From Octopus sinensis (lineage: Eukaryota): a stretch of DNA of 64,000 nt. A program made the translations under genes and the position numbers. Location: NCBI RefSeq assembly GCF_006345805.1, contig NC_042998.1, positions 128,712,001 to 128,776,000 of the forward strand, given 5' to 3'. Position 1 is the first letter of the stretch. Each line of letters begins with the position of its first letter. This document shows, one piece after another, positions 25,928 to 38,810 of this stretch. The notes beneath the pieces are model-generated. The model did no database searches and was not told the DNA's origin. It saw only the letters and a list, made by a program, of their open reading frames with translations.

Positions 25928-27802
25928 TAATAATAAATATTAGGGAATATATCCAAATTTACAGGGAAAAAAAATCAGATTTAGGATTAAATCCAATTTT
26001 ATAGTAAAATATTATAAAATATATTTTGAGACAAAACCACTATTTTGCAAAACAAACAAGGAAACTTTCAAAGATGAATCCCAAAACAGCGGTTCTATCT
26101 TACCTGTAAAATCCATAATTTGCGAAATTGAGGTATTACACTCAATATACAAAATATCAATATTATATAAATAATAAATATTAGGGAATATATCCAAATT
26201 TACAGGGAAAAAAAATCAGATTTAGGATTAAATCCAATTTTATAGTAAAATATTATAAAATATTATTTGAGACAAAACCACTATTTTGCAAAACAAACAA
26301 GGAAATCGAGTGTAATACCTCAATTTCGCAAATTATGGATTTTACAGGTAAGATAGAACCGCTGTTTTGGGATTCATCTTTGAAAGATTTCCTTGTTTGT
26401 TTGCAAAATAGTGGTTTTGTCTCAAATAATATTTTATAATATTTTACTATAAAATTGGATTTATCTAAATCTGATTTTTTTTCCCTGTATAATATTTATT
26501 ATTTTATAATATTGATAATTTTGTATATTGAGTGTAATACCTCAATTTCGCAAATTATGGATTTTACAGGTAAGATAGAACCGCTGTTTTGGGATTCATC
26601 TTTGAAAGATTTCCTTGTTTGTTTTGCAAAATAGTGGTTTTGTCTCAAATAATATTTTATAATATTTTACTATAAAATTGGATTTAATCCTAAATCTGAT
26701 TTTTTTTCCCTGTAAATTTGGATATATTCCCTAATATTATTATTATATAATATTGATAATTTTGTATATTGAGTGTAATACCTCAATTTCGCAAATTATG
26801 GATTTGACAGGTAAGATAGAACCGCTGTTTTGGGATTCATCTTTGAAAGATTTCCTTGTTTGTTTTGCAAAATAGTGGTTTTGTCTCAAATAATATTTTA
26901 TAATATTTTACTATAAAATTGGATTTAATCCTAAATCTGATTTTTTTTCCCTGTAAATTTGGATATATTCCCTAATATTTATTATTTATATAATATTGAT
27001 AATTTTGTATATTGAGTGTAATACCTCAATTTCGCAAATTATGGATTTTACAGGTAAGATAGAACCGCTGTTTTGGGATTCATCTTTGAAAGATTTCCTT
27101 GTTTGTTTTGCAAAATAGTGGTTTTGTCTCAAATAATATTTTATAATATTTTACTATAAAATTGGATTTAATCCTAAATCTGATTTTTTTTCCCTGTAAA
27201 TTTGGATATATTCCCTAATATTTATTATTTATATAATATTGATAATTTTGTATATTGAGTGTAAAATCCATAATTTGCGAATTGAGGTATTACACTCAAT
27301 ATAGAAAATTATCAATATTATATAAATAATAAATATTAGGGAATATATCCAAATTTACAGGGAAAAAAAATCAGATTTAGGATTAAATCCAATTTTATAG
27401 TAAAATATTATAAAATATTATTTGAGACAAAACCACTATTTTGCAAAACAAACAAGGAAATCTTTCAAAGATGAATCCCAAAACAGCGGTTCTATCTTAC
27501 CTGTAAAATCCATAATTTGCGAAATTGAGGTATTACACTCAATATACAAAATTATCAATATTATATAAATAATAAATATTAGGGAATATATCCAAATTTA
27601 CAGGGAAAAAAAATCAGATTTAGGATTAAATCCAATTTTATAGTAAAATATTATAAAATATTATTTGAGACAAAACCACTATTTTGCAAAACAAACAAGG
27701 AAATCTTTCAAAGATGAATCCCAAAACAGCGGTTCTACCTTACCTGTAAAATCCATAATTTGCGAAATTGAGGTATTACACTCAATATACAAAATTATCA
27801 AT
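25928..27802. repeat. 243-bp tandem array with two orientation switches
   Basis: Forward units 25928-26307, reverse units starting at 26308, 26530, 26771, 27014 and 27257, then forward again from about 27260 to 27802. Confidence 0.95.
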
Positions 27803-28662
27803 AGCCACGTGAATAACCGGGTGGTGGACTAGCGTTGCTTGGAATGTGAATGGAATAGTGTAGTAGTGAGGTAGGCATAGAGAATGGGATGGAATAGTGT
27901 AGTAGTGAGGTAGGCATAGAGAATGGGATTGGGTTACTGCAAGTTGTTTGTTAGAGATGCTAAGGTGAGTTAAAGCTCATAAATGTATATAATGTTTTTT
28001 GTGGGTGTGTAAGTATTGTTGTATATGTCGAGTTTAGTGAGTATGTATAGGCGTATATGTGAGGGAGTATTGTATCTTTTGTGTGTGTTGTTTTGCGTGT
28101 GAGTGTGTGTTTTGTGTGTGAATGTGTATATGGGTTTGTTATTTAGGTTTTGGGATGTATGTGTTAATTTGTCTGTGTGGGGAGGGAGTGGGTTTTGGTG
28201 TATATTGAGGTTTATAAGTTAGTATAGGTATGTGTATAAGTCGTGAGTCTGTGGTTTACGTGTGTGTATTTGTGTGTGAATGTTTAGGTTAGGGGTTTAC
28301 TTTATAGGTTTGTTATAGAGTTTAGCAAAGGGAGATTTTATCGTTATATGTTTTTAAGAGTTTTGTTTTATCATGGTTTTTTTAGGGAATTAGTGGTAAT
28401 TAGTCTATATTTTCGATATGGATTATATATAGGTTATATATGGATTATATACTTATATTTTTTCATTTATACTTTAATTATTTAAAAGTATTATTTTTTA
28501 TATTTTAAAATTTTGATCTTTTAGATTGGAAGTCCACCTGAAGATTGTCGATCAAGACAAAAAACGATTGTAGTGGCGGTTTTTTTGACTATTTATTAAA
28601 TTTTATGTATTGATTAAGTCTTTCCTTGTTTGTTTTGCAAAATAGTGGTTTTGTCTCAAATA

Positions 28663-28670
<8 letters not shown>
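27803..28670 (+). mobile_element. PLE-like 3' region: GT-skewed tract plus terminal repeat with hammerhead relic
   Basis: Strong G/T strand skew. ccac-CTGAAGA-ttgtc[gatcaa]gacaa-AAAA-cgattg-TA-gtgg at 28534-28576. 28621-28670 matches part of the 243-bp unit. Ends in (TA)n. Confidence 0.65.
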
Positions 28671-28711
<41 letters not shown>

Positions 28712-28752
28712 ATATACATATTAATACATATATATAAAATACTATATAGGTA

Positions 28753-28794
<42 letters not shown>

Positions 28795-28803
28795 TATATA
28801 TCT

Positions 28804-29745
28804 ATCATCATCATCATCATCATCATTTAGCGTCCGCTTTCCATGCTAGCATGGGTTTGACGGGTCAACTGGGGTCTGTGAAGCTGGAAGGTCTCGTCAG
28901 GCCCAGTCAGATCTGGCAGTGTTTCTATGGCTGGATGCCCTTCCTAACGCCAACCACTCCGCGAGTGTAGTGGGTGTTTTTTTCACGTGTCACCTGCACA
29001 GGTTGCCAGACAGAGCTGGCGAACGGCCACGAACGGACGGTGCTTTTAACGTGTCACTGGTGGGGGCCAGCCGAGGCTGACAACGAACACGAACGGATGG
29101 TGCTTTTACGTGCTACCGACACGTATAATATTGTATATATATATATATGACAGACTCTCCCATGTTAGATGATGTAGGAGGTTTCCACAATTCTTACCAA
29201 ACAACCACACAAATGCATTGTTTATAGTGATCAAATGTTAGTGTGCATATAAGATCACTCGCTCCATCAAATCGGCATTACCTGTGCAGGTGCAACAAGT
29301 GTCACATGTCAGATGTTGAAATGATCGCAGAGCATGTGAAATGAAGTGCTTGCTCAAGAACACAATGCAATGCCTGGCCTGGAAATCGAACCATGATCTG
29401 CAATCATGAATGCAACACCTTAACCACTAACCATGCACTTCACATGCCGGTAGCACATAATGTTTAGTTTGTTATTTAGTAGATTTTCATTATCAGGTCT
29501 CCTTAAAATTCCAATAGCTCTATGCAGCAAAGTTGCACCCGTATCTACTGTTTAAGTATGGTTTAGTGACCCTAATGATGACCCAATTCAAATCAAATTT
29601 GATATTGTCATTCTTGAGCTTCCAAATCTTTGTGACTCGCGATGTCCTGCCAACCCTATGTCTTTATTTAAAAAATGAATAGTGGTTGCATAAGCACCCC
29701 TTGAGATTTACAGAGCAGCCAATATATGTATTGGTGTCCATTACA
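28804..29745 (-). repeat. Right arm of ~950-bp inverted duplication
   Basis: Reverse complement of 24127-25075, differing mostly by 1-nt indels. Confidence 0.95.
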
Positions 29746-30657
29746 TTTTCTCAGTTAAAGGAGATAAGGTAAGGGTTCTGACCAACATAAAACATTAAGC
29801 TCTCATTAACATTCATTCTAGCCTATACAGACTTATGCACAGTAGATAAAGACACATGCTTAAATTTTATATATATATATATATATATGTGTGGTACCAG
29901 TGCCTGTGGCCTACAAGAAATCCATCAGTGCTGTAGTCAGTGCGGTGGGCACATGACAAACACCATCCGATCGTGGCTGTTTCGCCAGCCTCATCTAGCA
30001 CCTGTGTCGGTGGCACATAAAAACACCATCCGAAGACCCGGCAAGACTAGTCAGGCCATAACCCATGGCCCCTACCTGGGACGTAGTCAGTCCACCTGTG
30101 CATACCTTCCTTCTTGTGACACTTGTGAAGACCTGTTGAGGCAAGTGAAAATCAAGTCAAAACAAATCAAAATAGATGAACATCAATGGAATTTGTATCT
30201 TTGTGGTACCAGTCCCGGTGGCACGTGGCACACAATAAAACCATCCGAACGTGGCCGTAGCCAGTACCGCATCGACTGGCCTCCGTGCTGTGGGCACGTA
30301 ACAAGCACTATCCGATCGTGGCCGTTTGCCAGCCTCATCTGGCACCTGTGTCGGTGGCACATAAAAACATCATCCGAGCGTGGCCGTCTGCCGGCCTCGT
30401 CTGGCACCTGTGTCGGTGGCACATAAAAACACCATCCGAGCGTGACCGTTTGCCAGCCTCGTCTGGCACCTGTGTCGGTGGCACATAAAACACCCACTAC
30501 ACTCTCGGAGTGGTTGGCGTTAGGAAGGGGCATCCAGCTGTAGAAACACTGCCAGATCTGACTGGACTGGCAGCTTTCGGGCTCCCAGACCCCAGTTGAA
30601 CGTCCAACCCATACTAGCATGGAAGCGGACGTTAAATGATGATGATGATGATGATGA

Positions 30658-30711
<54 letters not shown>

Positions 30712-30828
30712 TAAGCATGTGTCTTTATCTACTGTGCATAAGTCTGTATAGGCTAGAATGATGTTAATGAGAGCTTAATGTTTTATGTTGGTCAGAACCC
30801 TTACCTTATCTCCTTTAACTGAGAAAAT
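29745..30828. repeat. Second inverted repeat (~125-bp arms at 29745-29870 and 30704-30828)
   Basis: attttctcagttaaagg...gcttaaattttat versus ataaaatttaagc...cctttaactgagaaaat. Confidence 0.95.
29890..30660 (+). mobile_element. RTE LINE 3' UTR with ~61-bp minisatellite and (TGA)n tail
   Basis: Repeated gccagcctcgtctggcacctgtgtcggtggcacataaaaacaccatccga unit, then gagtggttggcgttaggaaggg...ccaacccat.ctagcatggaa..cggacgttaaa(tga)n. Confidence 0.85.
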
Positions 30829-32363
30829 ATCTGCTGAAGTTTTGATGATTTTTTAATCACAACTCAAAGCTATATTATGTCTGTTGGTTCTTACATTATT
30901 TCAACATCAGTGTTAAACTTTAAACTAATTTAGATAGTGAATTTAGATCATATATTTATGATCTCTTGATCTCTTTTCTTCTTATTTGCCTGTTTTAAGC
31001 CACTTCTAATTCTCCTATATATTCTTGTGTTAAATTTAAATGAGCTACTAATGTAACTAATGTTGGATTTATCCAGGTCCATGTAAGAAAATCTCACCTG
31101 TTTAAAATCTTACCTGTGTGAAATTTTCTCTTGTGAAGATGGATTATATATAACACTGTAATCTATGAATGCATTAATGGAGATTCTACCAGAACAGCTA
31201 TTGTAAATTTTAAGTGTCATTTATGTTTATATATATATGTAAGTATGTATATATGTATATGACAGGTTTCTTTCAGTTTCCGTCTACCAAATTCATTCAC
31301 AAGGCTTTGGTTGATTCAGGGCTATAGTAGATAACACTTACCTAAAATGTCATTCAGTGGGACTAAACCCAGGATCATATGGTTGGGAAGCAAAGATCTC
31401 ACCACACTGCATGCTTTATATATAGAGACATATAGAAAATAAAGGCATCTGAAATGCAGGAAGGCTTGTGAAGACAGCTTAGAAAATCAGGTAAAAGAGT
31501 AATGATCCTGTTTGGTCATGTATAACCATGGCATTTCACCTAGAAAGTTCCCCTCTGAGGCACAAGTCTGGGTAAGGTTGTTTATGGAAGACCAGCAGTC
31601 GCCCATGCATACCAGACCTTTCTGTCTATGCCACTGATGTTATCCAAAGGAAACACAAAGGCTGACACAGCTTGGCACCAGTGACATCGCAACTCATTTC
31701 TACAGCTGAGTGAACTGGAGCAATGTGAAATATAGAGTCTTGCTCAAGAGCACAACACACAGCCGGGAATTCAACTCACTATCACATGATTGTGAGCCTG
31801 ATTCTCTAACCACTGGGTCATTAGGACAGAAAAAAAATGGCCAGCAAGCATCCATAGGGAATCAAACTTGGCACCTCTGAAATTCTAGCTGAGCACTCTG
31901 TACCATTAAGCTAAGAGACCCCTGACAATGGATACTGTCATTCCACAATGCTAAGTAATTGCTGCTGGAGTGTGAGACCAATCTACAGGAATTCTAAAGG
32001 AATTCACAAACAGAGGAAGGCTGTGAGGACAGCTTAGAAAATCAGAGTGTATCTGTTGTTTGATTCTTAGCTTAATAGTATAGAGTGCTCAGTTGGAATT
32101 TGAGAGGTACAGGACTCAATACCCTATGGAGGCTTGCAGGATACTTTTTCCATCTTCTAAAGGGTATTTGCATGATTTTCTAAGCTGTCTCACAGCCTTC
32201 TTCTGTTCACAAATTCCTTTATTTTCTGTAGAATACTGATATACGCAGTGCTTATAAGTTTATATATAAATATATATATGTATATATATATATATATGTG
32301 TGTAAATACATATATCTATCTATCTACCTATCTATCCATCTATCCATCCATCTATCTATTTAT

Positions 32364-32425
<62 letters not shown>

Positions 32426-32513
32426 CTTTATATATATATATATATATATATATAATACATATATATACATACATATATTATATATAGATAGATAGATAGA
32501 TAGATAGACAGAC

Positions 32514-32632
<119 letters not shown>

Positions 32633-35114
32633 CAGGTGCAGGAATGGTTATGTGGTAAGAAGCTTGCTTTCTAACCACGTGGTTCTGGATTCAGTCCCAC
32701 TGTATAGCACTTTGGGCAAGTGTCCTTTTCTATAGCCTTGGGCCAACCAAAGCCTCATGAGTGGATTTGGCAGACAGAAACTGAAAGAAGCCCATTGTAT
32801 ATATATATGTATATATGTATGTCTGTGTGTCTTTGTGTCTTTCCTCCACTACATCACTGCTTGACAACCAGTGTTGGTGTGTTTACATCCCCATTACTTA
32901 GGGGTTCAGCAAAAAAGGCTGATAGAATAAGTACTAGGGTTAAAAAAAAATCCTGGGGTTGATTTTGTCGACTAAAATCCCTAAAAGCAATGCTCCAGCA
33001 TGGCCACAATCAAATGACTGAAACAAATAAAAGAATAAAAGAATATCATCATCATCATCATAATCATTGTTGTCATCATTGTCATCATTTCACTTCCCTC
33101 TCCATGCTGACATTGTTTAGCCAATTCAAAATGATGCAATGGGTTGGCGGACCATGGTTTGCTACAGTGTCTCAGTTTTAGCATGGTTTCTACTTCTGGA
33201 TGTCCTTCCTAATACTAACAATTTTATAGAGTGTACTGGATGCATTCTATTTGCAGTACCAGCACTATTTAGGTCACCATATAACAATCATTTCATGGGG
33301 AGTATAGTAGAGAGGGAGATGGTTTTATGTGAGGTGTTGAGTGATTAAGATATGACAGGAGGGAAAAGAATAGGAATGTTGCAATAATGGAGATACAGGA
33401 CAACCCTACATTATATGAGCATGGATGTGAGTAAGTGGGGTGGAGATGAAATGAGAGATGTAGATGGAGGTGACTAGGTGTCAGAGTATACCCTTAAAGT
33501 ACAAGATGGTGAATATGTGAGAGAGTGGAAACAGATCAAGAAGAATGAATGGTTAGAATTTGTAAGAGGGTGGCAAGAGTGAGAGGTGGGTAGAAACAGG
33601 GTGAAGGGTGAATATAGTAAACAGAATAGTGAACAAGGGTGGAATGGTGGTCAATGGGGAATATTAGAGGAGAGTGGGATTAAGTAGGTGTTAAAATAAA
33701 GGATGGATGTCAATAAAAGTAGGTTGGGGAGAGAGGAAGTGATGAGTGGCAGTACAGAAAGGATGAGGGACAACAGAGTAATTTAGTTAATATAGGCAGG
33801 ATGAGAAATAGAGAGATGACAGATGATGGCATTTGGTTGACAACAGATGAAGGATTGGGCTTATCTACATCTTTCGCTTGTGTTTTCTTCTGGTTTTTCA
33901 TTTCTCTACTTGACTCACCTCATTGTCATCAGTACCCTGGTTCACCCTCTATCTCATTAGCACCTGGCACTATTCTTTCTCTTTTTATTTACCCACTTCT
34001 ATACCACATCCCACCCTTGTCTCTCTTGTTACTTCCTCCACTCTCAGCCTCTCACTTTAACTCACTCACCACTTAAAGACATCTCTCTTTTGTTTTCCAT
34101 TTCGGTTGAAGTGAGGGCCTTTTAGTCATGTAAGTGACTAAGTGACCTCACTAGTGCTTGAGCCATGAGAAAAGCTCCCAGTCTACATTGTAAAATGGTT
34201 GATGAATAGAGCAGAGACAACTCAGGGTTAACAACCCAACTCTTAAGCCTAGTACAGGGCAAGACAACCAAAATGCCGATGCCATGGAAAATATACCCAG
34301 AACACTCTGCAAAGTGGTTGGTGCTAAGAAGACAAGCAGTTGTAAAAAAATTCATAGCTTGCTAAAACAGATTTTTAAATAAGAAATGGTCCTCTTACTA
34401 CTCAGTTCTTATTGGACTGTCTAACTTATACAAGCATAGAAACAAACAGAATCATGATGACGATTATAATAATGATGATGATGATAATGATATATATGTG
34501 TGTGTATGTGTGTGTATTGTTGAAATTTATAGAAAACAAAAAATGAAGACAGGTGTATGAACAACAAGCAAGTGTATTAGTTTGACGCTCGGGAAAAATG
34601 AAAAAGTCTTTGACATTTCGAGCTTACGCTCTTCAACAGGTAGGGATTAGAGGAAATGTATATATACATACATATATATATTATATATATACTTACTTAC
34701 TTTACTTTTACTTTTACTTGTTTCAGTCATTTGACTGCGGCCATGCTGGAGCACCGCCTTTAGTCGAGCAAATCGACCCCGGGACCTATTCTTTGTAAGC
34801 CCAGTACTTATTCAATCGGTCTCTTTTTGCCGAACCGCTAAGTGACAGGGACGTAAACTCACCAGCATCGGTTGTCAAGCAATGCTAGGGGGGCAAACAC
34901 AGACACACAAACACACACACATACATTTATTATATATATATATACATACATACGATAGGCTTCTTTCAGTTTCCGTCTACCAAATCCACTCATAAAGCTT
35001 TGGCTGGCCGGAGGCTATAGTAGAAGACATTTGCCCAAGATGCCACGAAGTGGGACTGAACCGGAACCATGTAGTTCATAAGCAAGCTACTTACCACACA
35101 GCCACTCCTGCGCC

Positions 35115-35760
35115 TATCTTGCAAAACCTGAAACCTGCAGGTACCACATTATCCATTTTCCGGGTGTTTCATCTCTCAGATGTTCTCCCTGGAGGTAAGA
35201 CGGTTTTTTTTTTCTCTATTTTGTTGCACACACGCATTTTTACTAATACATACGCGGTGAAGCTACACTTTAGCGTCGTATTTTTTCGTTCGCTATTTCC
35301 AGTAAATATCGGTACTTTGTTGTGCCATTTATTTACTAATTTGTGTATTTTTCCCTCACGGGCTACTTTTACTGGAAGGCAAACTTTGTATTGCATTACT
35401 GATATTTTGAAACTCTTCACCGTTTCTCGTACTGTTAGCGTACTGTATTTCAGTCGAGGTGTTAGTATTTATGTGGTAACATCGTAGTTTCGTCTTGGTA
35501 TATGTTTGGCTGAAGAAGGTAAAGCAAATATGGGTGAGAGACATATCTTGCAAAACCCTGAAACTGCAGGTACCACATTATCCATTTTCCGGGTGTTTCA
35601 TCTTTCAGATGTTCTCCCTGGAGGTAAGACGGTTTTTTTTTTCTCTCTTTTGTTGCACACACGCATTTTTACTAATACATACGCGGTGAAGCTACACTTT
35701 AGCGTCGTATTTTTACGTTCGCTATTTCCAGTAAATATCGGTACTTTGTTGTGCCATTTA
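35115..35760 (+). repeat. 429-bp-period tandem duplication carrying a hammerhead (retrozyme- or PLE-terminal-repeat-like)
   Basis: atcttgcaaaacc...gtgccattta at 35115-35330 is repeated near-identically at 35544-35760. Confidence 0.92.
35507..35575 (+). ncRNA. Type I hammerhead ribozyme motif with extended stem II
   Basis: tgg-CTGAAGA-aggt.aaa.gcaa.atatg[ggtgagaga]catat.c.ttgc.aaa.accct-GAAA-ctgcagg-TA-cca. The upstream repeat shows the perfect 3' half acct-GAAA-cctgcagg-TA-cca. Confidence 0.82.
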
Positions 35761-36054
35761 CATACATATAGTTATATAGTTATATTCCAGGATGATCATT
35801 TTGCTTTTGCCAAATAAACACACATGCTGTACATTTGTACAGATATCACACGAGATGTCACAGGATGTGTGAGAAAAGATTTCAGACAGAGGACACTAAA
35901 ATAAGAACAATAATAAAGCTGAAGGGAAGAATGAATATATAGTGTGTATGTTTATTTGACAAAAGAAAAACAGTGCCCTTCCTGAAATGTAACAATATCT
36001 GTTTCAAAACACGATTTCACATCAGGAATCTTGCAAAGCATAGATGTATGTCTG

Positions 36055-36097
<43 letters not shown>

Positions 36098-36773
36098 ATC
36101 TGAGGCCAAAACTTCAAAGTCACTATTACACCTCCTTTGGTAAAAAGTTTTATGAATATATATATGTATATCTATCTTTTATCTTTTACTTGTTTCAGTC
36201 ATTTGACTGCAGTCATGCTGGGGCACTACCTTGAAGGGTTTTAGCCTCTTTTGTTGAACTGCTAAGTTACGGGGACATCAGCACACACCAACAACAGTTG
36301 TGAAGTAGTGGTGGGGTGGGGACAAATACAGACTCAAAGACACACACACACACAGTTATATATATATATATATATATATGTCATCATCATCATCATCTTC
36401 GTTTAGCGTCCGTTTTCCATGCTAGCATGGGTTGGACGGTTCTACTGGGGTCTGTGAAGCCAGAAGGCTTCATCAGGCCCAGTCAAATCTGGCAGTGTTT
36501 CTACGGCTGGATGTCCTTCCTAACGCCAACCACTCCGTGAGTGTAGTGGGTGCTTTTTACGTGCCACCCGCACAGGTGCCAGACAGAGCTGGCAAACGGC
36601 CACGAACGGATGGTGCTTTTTATGTACATATATATATATATATTTCGATAGGTGAATGAATTATCCTATGTTTACTGTCAACATGGAAAATTCGATGAAC
36701 CGATATGTCAAGAGTAAAGGAATTTTTTAACATTTTCGTTCAACTCCATTTATTTATTTATTTATTCATATAA

Positions 36774-36877
<104 letters not shown>

Positions 36878-36897
36878 TCATATATATATATATATAT

Positions 36898-38258
36898 ATA
36901 TAAAATTGAGTTTGTGTGTGTGTATATGTGTGTGTGTGTCTGTGTATGTGTAGACATTTATGTTTTTTATAGAAATCCACATTCAATGTCTGATTGACCT
37001 CAAATTTTATAGACATACTCCATAAGGTCAGAGCTAGGTCATGGCAAAGAAATTACTCCTGTGACCTGCATGCATGATAGTGGGCATAGACATAAAGTTA
37101 CTTTATGAGCACATGTGTTTCTGAACTTTTGTTCACTCCTTAATTGCTCCGTTTTATACGTTAATGTATTATTTTGGGCGAGAGAGCAAAATGGCTCATG
37201 TACTAACACGTTTTGCACCTCTATATACCCTTTTGACACATTTTTTAGCCCAGTAAATGAAGCGCTTACCCTTTCTTGTAATGTAATGCTACCTTAAAAA
37301 AACCACTTGCCAAACGTTTAGTCATTACATCGTTACACTTTTTACTTTGAAGAAAGACAGCAAAAGAACCTACGTTCTATACTTTTTGCAAGTTCCAATG
37401 CGTAACATTGAGCAATAGGCTTTCTTAGTCGAGGGCCATAGTGGTGGTTCGTTGTAAAAAAATCACGTCAAAGCTTTTGAAGCCCTATTACTGCTTACAA
37501 TAGCTTGTCCGTTAACCATACCCACACCATAGTTGCTGTGTATGATGTTACTTACGGAGTAGAGACAACAAGGTACGCATCGTCACTTTTTTGCGCCCCT
37601 ACTCACCCTATTGACACACTTTTGGCTGCTATGAAATTATAAATGGTGGAGATTGCATGTATCGAACGCGGGTCCTATAATGATGTTTGACAATAAATTA
37701 AACAGGAAAAACCGTTTTCATGCTGCATTGTAAGGGTGAAGTCCATTGTTGAGTGGGGGACGCTATAATTATTAGCCCCAGAAACTATGACAAATTGGCT
37801 ACACCCTGGCAAAGCTTTGTAAATAGACATAATTTTACCACCACCACCCCCATCGACCGCAGAAGAGTTTTGTTCTATTGGATTCTGGTAGCAGTAATTG
37901 CCTGTTTTAGTTTATGCACTTTGTACTTTGTGTTAGGCATTTATGGAAATATTTTATGCTCCAGGAATTTGCCAGAACTTTTTGTCTGTCAGTTTTAAAA
38001 TAATTTGTCACATCTGGGTGAGTACAAAAATCTTTTCAGCTATGTTATAATATTTATGTGAACTTTGAGCCCTGCATTGTGGCAGGGTGTGTGAGATAAT
38101 TGTACACCCAGTTTTGGTGACAGTTTTTTTTTGTGAGACAAGGTTCAATTGGATTCTGGAAGCTGTGATTGCCTATTTAGTTTCTGCATTTTGTGCTTTG
38201 GTTAGGCATTTCTGAAATTATTTTATGCTCCAGGAATTAGCCAGAACTTTTTGCTTGT
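36898..38258 (+). mobile_element. Possible old Helitron-like element with duplicated 3' region
   Basis: tataaaa-(GT)n-gattgacctcaaatttt start resembles the other two Helitron 5' ends. A ~105-bp direct repeat occurs at 37878 and 38149, ending gcttgt before (TA)n. Termini are degenerate. Confidence 0.4.
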
Positions 38259-38259
38259 A

Positions 38260-38312
<53 letters not shown>

Positions 38313-38341
38313 CACACACTCACATATATATATATATATAT

Positions 38342-38728
38342 CAGGCATGTGCCATCTATAATTACTCAGGGTAGGCAGTTGGTGATGTTTATGTAGTAAA
38401 ACACAGGCATACGACTGAGTTGTTGGCAGATTTACTTCTGCCTTTATAGTGCGTAAAGAAAACGTTGTTGTAGGAATGTACACTGCATGTGTGCCACAGC
38501 AGTTCTATGCATAGTTTTAATACTGAAATTGAAAGGCAGGGGCAAATTATGCCTACCTAATCTACAAAACTATAAATTTTTTTGCATTTTAAGTATAGTA
38601 ATCAGAGTAACCTTCATAATTTTATAGAATTACGTGCGTATTTTGACATAAAAGGAAAATATTACTATCGATCTGTTTTATTCAGAGTAGGCACTGCCTA
38701 TGTTACCTGCCCAGGTGGCACGTGCCTG
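38342..38728. mobile_element. MITE with hAT-like CAGG ends
   Basis: Terminal inverted repeats caggcatgtgccatct / aggtggcacgtgcctg, embedded in (TA)n. Confidence 0.8.
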
Positions 38729-38782
<54 letters not shown>

Positions 38783-38810
38783 ATGTATGTATGTATGTAG
38801 ATATATGTCA

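Noticed and set aside
37644-37676. tRNA-like 3' half on the minus strand (gttcgatac...tctccacca)
   Set aside because: No D-arm or anticodon half and the T-stem is broken. At most a fragment inside a repeat, not a tRNA gene.
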